A stretch of DNA of 64,000 nucleotides from Candidatus Omnitrophota bacterium (GCA_028716965.1 JAQUOV010000004.1:8377-72376), one strand, 5' to 3'. Positions 27,929-37,885 are shown, counted from the first letter of the stretch. Notes: generated by a model from the letters alone, not told the origin. Translations and numbers: made by a program.

Positions 27929-29809
27929 TTAACCTTCGCGGAGTTGTTTTTCGGCGTCAACAATATCGCGGTTTATTACGCGGATAGTTTCTTTTATTTT
28001 GTCTTTAAGCAGGTAAGAGGCAATCGGCGCCTGCGAGATCTCCCTTAAAACCTGCACGCTCATCCTGAAATAACGCACTACCTCGCCTTCGTCGCAATCA
28101 GTCATCTGCAGGGTTTTACCGAAGTTTGTCCCGCGCAGCCATGCCTCCATGCTGGAACAGAGATGAAAATAGGGCAGCTTACTGAAGGGGTAGATCTTAT
28201 AGCGGCGCTCCTTGTCTTTTAATCTGTCATATGTTTCTTCGCAGGTACGTTTGAGCGCGCGGCTGGATTTAGATATACTTGACGGCATGCGCTGATTTTT
28301 GCGCGGCTCAAAAACAACCGCGGAAGCCACTACGCCTAATTCAAATTCATCCAGCTGCTCAAGTATATTTTGGTCATATAATTCCGCCAGGACCAATTCA
28401 TATCCGTAAATAGTTTTAGCGAACCTTCCTTTTTCGGAAAGTTTCCCTTCATGGATGTAACCCAATTCTTTGAGCAGCCTTAGTTTTGCGTCCAGCAGGT
28501 TTAATGCCTGTTTTTGCTCATTCTTGCGCGACTGATAATAATGCAAAGAGAGGGGGTAGATTTTAAATAAATCCTCCTGGTATTTTTCGTAAAGGTTAAG
28601 AATAGTGGCATAAGAGGTGTTCAGCTGGCTCTTTACCTCTTCGGGCTTGCCGAAGATTATCCTGCTGACCTCTTCAAAATTTATCCTCTGCGGGTTAACC
28701 CGCGTGTAAACAAACCCTTCTTTATCTATCCCGCGCCTTCCGGCCCTGCCGGCCATCTGATAAAAGTCGCGCGTTTTCAGGTTGCGCACGTAAGTGCCGT
28801 AAAATTTACGCAGGCCGTCAAACATTACCGAGCGGCTGGGCATATTGATCCCCAGGGCAAAGGTTTCGGTAGTAAAAATAACTTTGAGCAGGCGGCTGGT
28901 AAAAAGCCGCTCGATTACCTCCTTTAAGGTAGGCAGCATCCCGGCATGATGATAGGCAATGCCGCGCTGTACCAGGGGATAGAGGATCTGCGCCGACTGT
29001 TCATGTTTTAAATTAAACCGTTCAAGCAGGTCTTCGTACATCTGGGTGATCGCGCGGGATTCTTTGGCGTCCAGGAATTTAAATCCGTATAAATCCTGGG
29101 CTAATTCCTCCGCGCGTTTGCGGCTGAAGACAAAATATATCGCCGGCAGCCCGTCGTTTGTACGCAGGTAGTCGATCAGTGAATTCAACCTGTTGGGTTT
29201 AGCGGAGCGCAGGCGTTTAAGGCGCTCAATTTTATCCACGATTTCATTCTGGCACTGGAAAAGGAAATGCAGCGGCACCGGCCGGTTTTCTTCAATGACT
29301 ACTTTTATGGCTTTATCGTGGATAGATTCGATCCAGCTGGCGAATTGTTTGATATTGGGGATGGTCGCGGATAACCCCAGCAGGTTCATCTGTTTAGGCA
29401 GGAAGATCAATGATTCCTCCCAGACCGTGCCGCGTTCGGGGTTATCAATGTAATGGATCTCGTCAAAGATGATCCAGGAGTATTTATCAAGGCTCTCTGG
29501 CTCATCCAGTATTTTGTTGCGGAAGATCTCGGTAGTCATGATCAGTACCGGGGCCTGGGGATTAATGGAAACGTCGCCGGTAAGGATGCCGATATTGTCC
29601 TGGAACTGGGCCTGGAAGTCGCGGAACTTCTGGTTGGAGAGAGCTTTAATCGGCGCGGTATAAATTACCCCCAGGTTATTGCGGATAGAGTTACTGATAA
29701 TGTACTCGGCAATCGCTGTTTTACCCGCCCCTGTAGGAGCAGAGACAATTACGGAGTGGCCCTGGTTGATATGGTCAATGGCTTCCTGCTGGAACCGGTC
29801 GTAAATCAT
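27929..29809 (-). CDS. Ski2-like DEXH-box helicase (DEIH)
   Basis: 626 aa. Walker A APTGAGKT, DEIH box, SAT motif, QMAGRAGRRG motif VI; overall Ski2/Hel308-like core. The only confident minus-strand gene in the window. Confidence 0.8.
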   Translation of the reverse strand: MIYDRFQQEAIDHINQGHSVIVSAPTGAGKTAIAEYIISNSIRNNLGVIYTAPIKALSNQKFRDFQAQFQDNIGILTGDVSINPQAPVLIMTTEIFRNKILDEPESLDKYSWIIFDEIHYIDNPERGTVWEESLIFLPKQMNLLGLSATIPNIKQFASWIESIHDKAIKVVIEENRPVPLHFLFQCQNEIVDKIERLKRLRSAKPNRLNSLIDYLRTNDGLPAIYFVFSRKRAEELAQDLYGFKFLDAKESRAITQMYEDLLERFNLKHEQSAQILYPLVQRGIAYHHAGMLPTLKEVIERLFTSRLLKVIFTTETFALGINMPSRSVMFDGLRKFYGTYVRNLKTRDFYQMAGRAGRRGIDKEGFVYTRVNPQRINFEEVSRIIFGKPEEVKSQLNTSYATILNLYEKYQEDLFKIYPLSLHYYQSRKNEQKQALNLLDAKLRLLKELGYIHEGKLSEKGRFAKTIYGYELVLAELYDQNILEQLDEFELGVVASAVVFEPRKNQRMPSSISKSSRALKRTCEETYDRLKDKERRYKIYPFSKLPYFHLCSSMEAWLRGTNFGKTLQMTDCDEGEVVRYFRMSVQVLREISQAPIASYLLKDKIKETIRVINRDIVDAEKQLREG

Positions 29810-29859
29810 GATTTCTATTATAAGCCAAAAAGCCGCAACCGCAATATAATAATCTCAAT

Positions 29860-30085
29860 TATTCGCTTTCCGTCTTTCGCTTCGGCACGAAGATTTTCGC
29901 TGTGTGCTTCGGTTTACGTCTCGTTTCGGCAGCGCAGGTTCCTTACGCAATAAGGCATTGCCTGCACTCGCCGTAAAGCCTTGCACACTTTTGCCGAAAA
30001 TCTTCTCATTGTGCCTCCAGCAAAAGACGGAAATCTCATGGCGAGAAACAAGCCAAGGCAGCTCCGATAGCTAAAATCATTGATT
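29860..30085 (+). repeat. Family D MITE-like long-hairpin element, copy 1
   Basis: TTCCGTCTTTCGCTTCGGCACGAAGATTTTCGCTGTGTGC ... GCACACTTTTGCCGAAAATCTTCTCATTGTGCC ... CAAAAGACGGAA; arms are imperfect inverted complements. Homologous to 54165-54395. Confidence 0.65.
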
Positions 30086-30113
30086 TATCTTATAATAATA
30101 ATATAATAAAAAT

Positions 30114-30671
30114 ATGGGATATGAGGCAGCGCTTGATAAAGCGTGGAAGGATTTATTTAATCTTAACCCTAATCCTGCCAAGAATTTATTAGTTAAGTTC
30201 CTGGCGGATGAATATAGCGTAGATACGCAGGAAAGAAAGATTTTTTCTTCTTCCTGCAATGTACAGGCGAAGGATTTTGTCAGTATTCTGCTCTTGCATT
30301 ATCTGGCGCAAAAATTAAGAGGTTTGCCTGCGTTAAGCGGCCGCTGGCTTACCTTTAGGGAGTTTTCCGGTGTGGAGGGTTATTATGAGGCTTTCCACAG
30401 GCGTTGTATAGGGCCGGTAATCCGCAAATATGGCAAGAATACGGATGCCTTAAAAGATGTATTATCCAGATTGCCGGCGAAGCTTTCGCAGGGAGGGGAT
30501 ATCAGCCTGGTTATAGAGGCCTTTGCAGGCGTACCGGTACTGGTAAAATTATGGAAGCAGGACCCCGAGTTCGGGCCTGACGCAAATATGTATTTTGATG
30601 CGAGCATAAAGAGTATTTTTTGTACCGAAGATATCGTGGTATTGGCCCAGATAGTTGCTTCCCAGTTATGA
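30114..30671 (+). CDS. Hypothetical protein (possible DUF3786-like)
   Basis: 185 aa, no signal peptide, weak resemblance to DUF3786 proteins. 4-nt overlap with the downstream thermonuclease. Confidence 0.45.
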   Translation: MGYEAALDKAWKDLFNLNPNPAKNLLVKFLADEYSVDTQERKIFSSSCNVQAKDFVSILLLHYLAQKLRGLPALSGRWLTFREFSGVEGYYEAFHRRCIGPVIRKYGKNTDALKDVLSRLPAKLSQGGDISLVIEAFAGVPVLVKLWKQDPEFGPDANMYFDASIKSIFCTEDIVVLAQIVASQL

Positions 30672-31249
30672 GGAAAACTAAATCCCGGCAGAAGAAAATA
30701 ATTCTTTCGTTTCTCTTAGGGCTGTTGGCCTTAACGGGGTATTTTTTCGGCGATAATTTAGGGCTGCCTTTTAAGCATAAGGAAGGTTTCCGGGGGTATG
30801 TTTCCTCCGGCGATAATGACGATTATGGGAATCCCCTGGTAACAAGAGTTGTTGATGGGGATACCTTGAAGTTGGAAAACGGCAAATTCCTGCGTTTGTT
30901 GGGGATTGATACGCCGGAGATGCATGAGTCAGCCAAGCTTTTTCGCGATGCCAGGCGTACCGGGCAGAAGGCTGAAGAGATCAAGAAGCTTGGCAGGCAG
31001 TCTTATGAATTCACTAAGCAACTGGCGCAGGGTAAGCGCGTAAGGCTGGAGTTTGATAAGGAAAGATACGATAAGTATGGAAGAATCCTGGCCTATGTTT
31101 ATTTGCCCGACGGAAGGTTGCTGAATGCCTTGATTGTTGAGGAGGGGTATGCCTCGTTGATGAATTACCCTCCGAATGTAAAATATGCGGATTTATTCTC
31201 AAGGCTGTACCGCCAGGCGCGTGAAAATAAGCGCGGGCTCTGGAGATAA
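30668..31249 (+). CDS. Thermonuclease (staphylococcal nuclease-like), membrane-anchored/secreted
   Basis: Start ATG 30668 (MRKTKSRQKKIILSFLLGLLALTGYF signal/anchor). SNase motifs VTRVVDGDTLKL, LRLLGIDTPE, YGRILAYVYL. Confidence 0.8.
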   Translation: MRKTKSRQKKIILSFLLGLLALTGYFFGDNLGLPFKHKEGFRGYVSSGDNDDYGNPLVTRVVDGDTLKLENGKFLRLLGIDTPEMHESAKLFRDARRTGQKAEEIKKLGRQSYEFTKQLAQGKRVRLEFDKERYDKYGRILAYVYLPDGRLLNALIVEEGYASLMNYPPNVKYADLFSRLYRQARENKRGLWR

Positions 31250-31276
31250 ACGGATAAATAATTTAAGGAGGAATAT

Positions 31277-32323
31277 ATGTTGAGATATTTGACCGCAGGC
31301 GAATCACACGGAAAAGCAATTGTGGCTATCCTGGAAGGGTTTCCCGCAGGCCTTAAAGTGGATGTAAACAGGATGAATAAGGAATTAAAGCGCAGGCAGT
31401 GCGGGTTTGGCAGGGGTAAGCGCATGCAAATAGAAAACGACCGGGTGGAAATAACCTCCGGCCTTAAGAATAATATTACTCTCGGCAGCCCGGTTACCTT
31501 ATTCATCAAGAATAAGGACACCAGCATTGAAAAACTGCATAAGGTTATTGCTGCCCGGCCCGGCCATGCGGATTTAGCCGGATTATTGAAATATGGTTTT
31601 ACGGATATAAGAGAGGTATTGGAACGCGCCTCGGCGCGCAGCACGGCAGGCACCGTCGGCTTAGGGGCACTATGCAAAAAATTCCTGGATGAGTTTGGCA
31701 TAACTATTACCAGCAGGGTTTTGTCGATAGGCGGCGAATCTACCTCTAAGGGGATAATTGCAAAAATAACCGAAGCGATTAAAAATAAAGATACAGTAGG
31801 CGGCGTTTTTGAGGTAGTCGCCAAAAAAGTCCCCGTCGGCCTGGGTAGTTATGTGCAGGCTGACCGCAGGCTGGACAGCCGCTTGGCAGGCTCAGTCATC
31901 TCTATCCCGGGAGTCAAATCTTTTGAGGTTGGGCTGGGTTTAGGTTATGCCGTCAGCTTCGGTTCAGAGGTGCACGATGCGATTTATTATAATAAGAACA
32001 AAGGGTATTCCAGAAGGACCAATAATGCCGGAGGCATTGAAGGCGGGGTATCTAACGGCCAGGATATAGTGTTGCGCGCCTGTATGAAGCCGATAGCGAC
32101 ACTGATGAACCCGCTGGATTCGGTAAATATATCTACTAAGAAACCCGCCAAGGCAGCCACCGAGCGTTCGGATACCTGCGTGGTGGAATCCGCCGGCGTG
32201 GTGGCCGAGGCAGCATGCGCGCTTGTCTTGGCCGATGCCTTTCTTGAAAAATTCGGCTCGGATTCATTGGCTGATATTAAAAAAAATTATGCTAATTACA
32301 GGAACAGGATAGCACATGCCTAA
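31277..32323 (+). CDS. aroC: Chorismate synthase
   Basis: 348 aa. N-terminal MLRYLTAGESHGKA and GRSSARET-like SARSTAG motifs. Confidence 0.9.
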   Translation: MLRYLTAGESHGKAIVAILEGFPAGLKVDVNRMNKELKRRQCGFGRGKRMQIENDRVEITSGLKNNITLGSPVTLFIKNKDTSIEKLHKVIAARPGHADLAGLLKYGFTDIREVLERASARSTAGTVGLGALCKKFLDEFGITITSRVLSIGGESTSKGIIAKITEAIKNKDTVGGVFEVVAKKVPVGLGSYVQADRRLDSRLAGSVISIPGVKSFEVGLGLGYAVSFGSEVHDAIYYNKNKGYSRRTNNAGGIEGGVSNGQDIVLRACMKPIATLMNPLDSVNISTKKPAKAATERSDTCVVESAGVVAEAACALVLADAFLEKFGSDSLADIKKNYANYRNRIAHA

Positions 32324-32603
32324 TCTCAGTTACCATAATATAAAAATTGCAAAATCCGAACACACTAAAGAAGTAGTCGTAGAAGGGGAGGTGAGCAACC
32401 ATACTGAAAAGTCTTATGCTACGGTTGCGGTACGGGTTGTGCTTTTTATCAAGAATATAACTGTGGCCAATATGGTGTTTACGATTAACGGCCTGCCTGC
32501 GGGGGGCACCAGGCCATTTAAAAAGACCATTGATGACCTGGAGTATGAGCAGGTAGGCAAGGATATCAACCGTTACGATATCTATACCGAAAGCGCATTT
32601 TGA
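32316..32603 (+). CDS. Hypothetical small protein
   Basis: 95 aa, overlaps the aroC stop by 8 nt; no motif recognised. Confidence 0.4.
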   Translation: MPNLSYHNIKIAKSEHTKEVVVEGEVSNHTEKSYATVAVRVVLFIKNITVANMVFTINGLPAGGTRPFKKTIDDLEYEQVGKDINRYDIYTESAF

Positions 32604-32674
32604 TTTTTTAAAGAATATTTCAAGTTAGATAGTTTCCCCTTTTTCGTCTATTGCCGCAGAAAGGGGTGATCAAG

Positions 32675-32926
32675 ATGGAAAAGGCAATAAGCGTCAGCCG
32701 TGTCTGCAGGTTAGACAGTGATTCAAAACTTAAGGCTTTTGTTGATGTTTCAATCTCAGGAGTAGTGGTCAAAGGCTTTAGCGTAGTAAATGGCAGTAAA
32801 GGGTTATTCGTGAGTATGCCGCGTCATCAAGGCAAGGATGGGAAATGGTATAACACGGTTTATCCTTCTACCAAGGAGTTGAAACAGCAGTTAAGCGAAG
32901 CGGTATTAGAAGCGTATAACAGTTAG
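32675..32926 (+). CDS. spoVG: SpoVG family protein
   Basis: ATG 32675 after an AAGGGG RBS (the ORF is open from TTG 32651). Pattern KAFVDVSISGVVVKGFSVVNGSKGLFVSMPRHQGKDGKWYNTVYP matches SpoVG. Confidence 0.75.
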   Translation: MEKAISVSRVCRLDSDSKLKAFVDVSISGVVVKGFSVVNGSKGLFVSMPRHQGKDGKWYNTVYPSTKELKQQLSEAVLEAYNS

Positions 32927-32934
32927 TTAACTAA

Positions 32935-33025
32935 CGGATGGTCCTTAAGCCAAGGGAAAAGTGTCCTTTGTAGAGGAAGTTATCCACTACGGGGACACTT
33001 CTCCGATTGGCTCAAGAAACGTCCC
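32935..33025 (+). repeat. Family E hairpin, degenerate copy 2 (after spoVG)
   Basis: Right half GGGGACACTTCTCCGATTGGCTCAAGAAACGTCCC (32991-33025) is the inverted complement of the E1 left arm. Left partner CCAAGGGAAAAGTGTCC is degenerate. Confidence 0.5.
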
Positions 33026-33035
33026 TGCTTAAAAG

Positions 33036-33653
33036 ATGAATATTTATTTAGTGGGGTTTATGGGTACCGGAAAAACCTCTGTCGGCTGCCAGTTGGCTAA
33101 GGAAAAGGGGTTGAATTTCGTGGATTTGGATGAGCTTATTGAATTGAAAGAACAACGCAGGATTGTGGATATTTTCTGCAGGGAAGGCGAGGCATATTTC
33201 CGTAAAATCGAGAAAAGGGTTTTAAGAGATGTTTCAACCCAAAAGGACTTTGTAGTTGCCTGCGGCGGCGGAGTTGTTTTAGACAAAGACAATATCAAGC
33301 TGATGAAAAAAACAGGTACGATGATTTGCCTTAGCGCCAGCCCCGAAGAAATACTCAAGAGGACCTCCGCAAATAAAGACCGGCCGCTTTTGAATGTAGA
33401 TAAACCCAAGAAACGCATAGAGCTTTTATTAAAGATGCGCGCGCCTTATTATATGCAGGCCGATAAGATAATTGACACATCGCGCTTTTCGGTTAAGCAG
33501 GTGGCCGGGAAGATATCTAAAATGCTTGCCAGTAAGGGGCGGAGCCTCTCCTCCGGGTCAAAGCCCGGGGTTGCCAAAAGCGGAATATTTGAGCGGCCAA
33601 AAATCCATCCTTGCACTAAAGGGCGGGGTTCCCGGCCGCGAAAGCATGAATGA
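33036..33653 (+). CDS. aroK: Shikimate kinase with low-complexity C-terminal extension
   Basis: P-loop GFMGTGKTSVG at the N-terminus. About 170-aa kinase core plus a 35-aa basic tail that overlaps the dprA start. Confidence 0.8.
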   Translation: MNIYLVGFMGTGKTSVGCQLAKEKGLNFVDLDELIELKEQRRIVDIFCREGEAYFRKIEKRVLRDVSTQKDFVVACGGGVVLDKDNIKLMKKTGTMICLSASPEEILKRTSANKDRPLLNVDKPKKRIELLLKMRAPYYMQADKIIDTSRFSVKQVAGKISKMLASKGRSLSSGSKPGVAKSGIFERPKIHPCTKGRGSRPRKHE

Positions 33654-34731
33654 TTTTGAGTCTTTGGTAAGCCTGAACCTTATCCCGCAGATAGGCAGCG
33701 TATGCCTGGAGCGCCTGCTCGGATATTTTAATAAACCCCAGGATATATTCAAAGCCAGCCGGAAGAGCCTGGAAGGGGCCGTAGGCGCAAAGATCAGCGA
33801 GCGTATAGTTGCATTTGATACCAGGAATTTAGATAATGACTTAGGGCAGGCTAAAAAAGCGGGAGTGGAGATTGTCACGCTCTTTGACGCAGGTTACCCG
33901 CAGAGCTTAAAACAGATACCGGGTTTGCCGATTGTGCTTTATGTTTCAGGCAGGATAACCGAGGCAGATAATTTAAGCCTGGGCATTGTCGGTTCACGCC
34001 GCGCCTCGTTTTACGGCTTAAGCAGCGCGGAGAGGTTTGCTGCGGAGCTGGCTTCAAATAACCTGACCGTTGTTTCGGGTATGGCCAGGGGCGTGGATAC
34101 TTATGCCCATCGCGGAGCATTAAAAGTACGCGGCCGCACGATCGCGGTAATGGGCAGCGGTTTTAATCATATTTATCCTCCTGAAAACCGGGGGCTTGCC
34201 GCAGAGATAGCAGAAAGCGGCGCGGTGATTTCAGAGTTTCCAATGGATGCAAAGCCCCTGGCGCAGAATTTCCCCCGGCGCAACCGCCTGATCAGCGGCT
34301 TGAGTTTAGGTGTCTTGGTTACCGAAGCAGCCAGGAACAGCGGGGCGTTAATTACCGTAGATTTTGCTTTGGAGCAAGGAAGAGAGGTTTTTGCTTTGCC
34401 GGGCAGGATTGATTCCTGCGGGTCAATGGGGACTAATGAGATGCTTAAACAGGGCGCAAAGCTGGTTACCTCCAGCCAGGATATCCTTGAGGAGCTGGGT
34501 TTGGATCCTTCCCGTAATGGGGACCAATCTGCGCCGGCGGAAAAAGAAAATATTTTATGTGCAAAAGAAGAAGATATGCTTTATAATTGCATAAACCGCA
34601 AGGCCGTCGCAATCGATGATTTGATAGAAAAAACATCCTTAGAAAGCGGCAAAGTTTCAGAGCTGATTTTGAAGTTACAATTTAAGAAGTTGATCAGGGA
34701 GTTACCGGGTAAACAATTTATAAGGAGCTAA
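33646..34731 (+). CDS. dprA: DNA processing protein A (SMF/DprA)
   Basis: Start ATG 33646 (MNDFESL...). Rossmann-like DprA core GIVGSRRAS...VVSGMARGVDTYAHRGAL...ALPGRIDS plus a C-terminal winged-helix-like region. Confidence 0.85.
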   Translation: MNDFESLVSLNLIPQIGSVCLERLLGYFNKPQDIFKASRKSLEGAVGAKISERIVAFDTRNLDNDLGQAKKAGVEIVTLFDAGYPQSLKQIPGLPIVLYVSGRITEADNLSLGIVGSRRASFYGLSSAERFAAELASNNLTVVSGMARGVDTYAHRGALKVRGRTIAVMGSGFNHIYPPENRGLAAEIAESGAVISEFPMDAKPLAQNFPRRNRLISGLSLGVLVTEAARNSGALITVDFALEQGREVFALPGRIDSCGSMGTNEMLKQGAKLVTSSQDILEELGLDPSRNGDQSAPAEKENILCAKEEDMLYNCINRKAVAIDDLIEKTSLESGKVSELILKLQFKKLIRELPGKQFIRS

Positions 34732-36732
34732 ATGTCTAAAAATCTGGTTATCGTAGAGTCGCCTACCAAGGCTAAAACCATAAGCAAGATCCTGGGCCAG
34801 GATTTTAGCGTGGTTTCCTCCATGGGGCATATTATTGACCTGCCGCAGAAAGAATTGGGCGTAGATGTAGATAATAATTTCAAGCCGGAATATGTGATTA
34901 TCCCGGCCAGAAAGAAATTGTTGACCCAGCTTAGAAAAGAGGCCAAGTCAAAAGAGAAGATATATGTGGCAACCGACCCTGACCGGGAGGGTGAGGCAAT
35001 CGGCTGGCAGATAAAAGAAAAGGTCTTTAAGGGCAAGGATGTCCTGCGGGTAAGTTTTCATGAGATTACCCCGCATGCGGTAGGGGAGGCCTTTAAATCC
35101 GCACGTGAGTTTGACGCCAATATGATTGAGGCCCAGGTCGGCCGCAGGGTGCTGGACCGTATCGTCGGATATTTCTTGAGCCCTTTACTTTGGAAAAAAC
35201 TTGCCCGCGGTTTAAGCGCAGGGCGCGTGCAATCCGTAGCCTTAAGGCTGATCGTGGAACGGGAACGCCAGATCCAGGCCTTTACCGCCAGCGAATATTG
35301 GGAGATTATCGCGGAGTTATTTAAGCCTAAGGTCTTCGGGGAGAGTAGTTTTTGCGCTAAACTTGAAAAGATAGACGGTGAAAAAGCGCAGATTAAGACC
35401 CAGGATGAAGCGCAAGCGATCGTAGAGCAGCTTAAGGAAAAAGAGTTTAAGGTCCTGGAGGTTAAGCAAACAGAAAAGAAACGCTATGCCCCGGCTCCAT
35501 TTATCACCAGCACTATGCAGCAGGAGGCCTTTAATAAGCTTAAGTTTAATGCCTCCAAAACCATGATGGTGGCGCAGCAGCTTTACGAGGGTATTGATAT
35601 CGGCGGGGATAACCCCCTGGGCTTGATTACTTATATGCGTACGGATTCTCCGAATACCGCTCCGGAGGCAGTTGCCGAAGTGCGTGAGCATATCGGCAGG
35701 GTCTTCGGCAAGGATTTTGTCCCGGAGAAACCGAATTTTTTCAAGGCTAAAAAATCAGCGCAGCAGGCGCATGAAGCGATCCGGCCAAGCTATGTTTCGC
35801 GTTCTCCGGAAAGCATGAAAGATTTCTTAAGCCACGACCAGTTTCGTTTATATGAGCTCATTTATAACCGTTTCCTGGCCAGCCAGATGAAACCCGCTGA
35901 ATTCCTGGCTACTTCGGTAGATATCTGCGCGGATAAATATTTGTTTGCGGCTAACGGAAGCCATTTGCTTTTTGAGGGGTTCCTGGCTGCTTACAACAGG
36001 ACCGAAGAGGAGGAAAAGGATGACGAGGAGGAGAAAGAAAAAAACAAGAATGTGGTCCCTCCTTTAGAACAAGGAGAGGTTCTCGGTCTGACTAAGCTTG
36101 TGCCCTCCCAACATTTTACCAAGCCGCCTCCGAGGTTTTCGGACAGCTCTTTAGTCAAGGCCCTGGAAGAGGACGGGATCGGCCGGCCTTCAACCTACGC
36201 GCCGATTATTTACACGCTCATTCTGCGCGATTATGTGCGCAGGATTAAAGGCTATCTTAACCCCACGGAGCTTGGTTTCAAGGTCAGCGATATGCTGGTA
36301 GAATATTTCCCGAAGATTATAGATGTCAAGTTTACCGCGCTTATGGAGGATGAGCTGGATGAGATTGAAGAAGGCAGGCTTAAGCGCGTGGAGGTATTAA
36401 AAGAATTCTACGCCCCTTTTAAAGAGAGCCTGGATTTTGCCCAGGCGAATATAAAGAAGGAGGTTATTACTACCGATCAGATTTGCGATAAATGCGGCAA
36501 GCCTTTTATCATAAAGTGGGGCCGGCGCGGTAAATTCCTGAGTTGTTCGGGTTTTCCCTCCTGCAAGAATTCCAGGTCTATTACTTCCGGTGTCAAATGC
36601 CCGGAAGAAAATTGCGGCGGGGAATTGATCGAGCGCAGGTCAAAGCGCGGTTTTTTCTATGGTTGTTCAAACTTTCCGAAATGCACCTTTACCTCGCGTA
36701 CGTTGCCGCAGGATAAGGAAGATACGCAATGA
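34732..36732 (+). CDS. topA: DNA topoisomerase I
   Basis: 666 aa. TOPRIM N-terminus MSKNLVIVESPTKAKTISKILG, active-site Tyr region, C-terminal Cys4 zinc ribbons (CDKCGKP, CPEENCGG). Confidence 0.92.
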   Translation: MSKNLVIVESPTKAKTISKILGQDFSVVSSMGHIIDLPQKELGVDVDNNFKPEYVIIPARKKLLTQLRKEAKSKEKIYVATDPDREGEAIGWQIKEKVFKGKDVLRVSFHEITPHAVGEAFKSAREFDANMIEAQVGRRVLDRIVGYFLSPLLWKKLARGLSAGRVQSVALRLIVERERQIQAFTASEYWEIIAELFKPKVFGESSFCAKLEKIDGEKAQIKTQDEAQAIVEQLKEKEFKVLEVKQTEKKRYAPAPFITSTMQQEAFNKLKFNASKTMMVAQQLYEGIDIGGDNPLGLITYMRTDSPNTAPEAVAEVREHIGRVFGKDFVPEKPNFFKAKKSAQQAHEAIRPSYVSRSPESMKDFLSHDQFRLYELIYNRFLASQMKPAEFLATSVDICADKYLFAANGSHLLFEGFLAAYNRTEEEEKDDEEEKEKNKNVVPPLEQGEVLGLTKLVPSQHFTKPPPRFSDSSLVKALEEDGIGRPSTYAPIIYTLILRDYVRRIKGYLNPTELGFKVSDMLVEYFPKIIDVKFTALMEDELDEIEEGRLKRVEVLKEFYAPFKESLDFAQANIKKEVITTDQICDKCGKPFIIKWGRRGKFLSCSGFPSCKNSRSITSGVKCPEENCGGELIERRSKRGFFYGCSNFPKCTFTSRTLPQDKEDTQ

Positions 36733-36944
36733 ACCTTGTAAATTTCTCGCTCAAGCCGATTTTTTAACGCCAATGTTCTTTCATATTCCGGCGGTTGCAG
36801 AACTTACGGTATTTGCTCTGGCAAATACCACTCAAACAGCTTCGCCGTCCCCGTTTTGTCGCTTCGCTCCACGGGGATTCCCGGAATACTGAAAGCTCCA
36901 TTGGCTAAAATCGACATTCGCTCGAAATTTACCAGGTTCATTTT
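36728..36944 (+). repeat. Family C MITE-like element, copy 2 (inserted at the topA stop codon)
   Basis: Head AATGAACCTTGTAAATTTCTCGCTCAAGCCGATTTTTTAACGCCAATG and tail CATTGGCTAAAATCGACATTCGCTCGAAATTTACCAGGTTCATTT are inverted complements. The topA TGA lies inside the terminal AATGAACC. Confidence 0.7.
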
Positions 36945-36970
36945 ACGAGACCGGAAAACGAATAAAATAT

Positions 36971-37840
36971 ATGGAAAAATATATTGAGAAGTTTATCCGT
37001 TACCTGGAGATAGAAAAGAATTATTCCGGGCACACTGTGCTTAACTACAGGTTGGACCTTGAGGATTTCGGCAGGTTCCTTGCCGGCACGGAATTAGAAA
37101 AGATAGACTATCTTTCGCTTAGGAAATACCTGGGGGTCTTAAAAGAAAAGAATTTAGGCAACCAGAGTATCGGCCGCCGGCTTTCTGCCCTGCGCAGTTT
37201 TTTCAGGTTTCTCTGCCGTGAAGGGTATCTTAAAACAAACCCTATCCTTATGCTTTCCAGCCCCAAACTGGATAAACACCTGCCTTCTTTTATGACGGAG
37301 GATGAGGTGAGCAAACTTATTGAGTCAGCTTTTGCCAGGGGTGAAGCCGACATCCTGGGTTTACGCGACCGGGCGGTCCTGGAGGCATTTTACTCAAGCG
37401 GCCTGCGTATTTCGGAGCTGGTGGGTTTGAATTTAGACGATATTGATTTTATCGGCGGCATCTTAAAAATAAGAGGGAAGGGAAAGAAGGAAAGGGTGGT
37501 GCCGGTCGGGGAAGCGGCGCTGATGGCGATTAAGAAATACCTGGATAGGAGAAAAAAGCAATCCTCCGCCGTATTCTTAAACAGAAATTCCCGGCGGATT
37601 ACTACGCGCGGCGTACGTTATATACTGGTAAAATACCTGCGCCTGGCCGGGACAAAGCCGGGGGTTTCCGCGCATACCTTCAGGCATTCCTTTGCCACCC
37701 ATCTTTTAAACCGCGGGGCAGACCTGCGCACGGTGCAGGAACTCCTGGGGCATGCGAACCTTTCTACGACCCAGATTTATACGCATCTGACAACTGAAAA
37801 GCTAAAGAGTGTTTATGATAAGGCACACCCGCACGCATAG
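36971..37840 (+). CDS. xerC: Tyrosine recombinase XerC/XerD
   Basis: 289 aa. N-terminal SAM-like domain, catalytic R...HxxR...Y (HTFRHSFATHLL, LGHANLSTTQIYTH). Confidence 0.85.
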   Translation: MEKYIEKFIRYLEIEKNYSGHTVLNYRLDLEDFGRFLAGTELEKIDYLSLRKYLGVLKEKNLGNQSIGRRLSALRSFFRFLCREGYLKTNPILMLSSPKLDKHLPSFMTEDEVSKLIESAFARGEADILGLRDRAVLEAFYSSGLRISELVGLNLDDIDFIGGILKIRGKGKKERVVPVGEAALMAIKKYLDRRKKQSSAVFLNRNSRRITTRGVRYILVKYLRLAGTKPGVSAHTFRHSFATHLLNRGADLRTVQELLGHANLSTTQIYTHLTTEKLKSVYDKAHPHA

Positions 37841-37885
37841 GAAAGCAGCATATAGCAGGTAGCATATGGAATTTAGGGAAAAACT

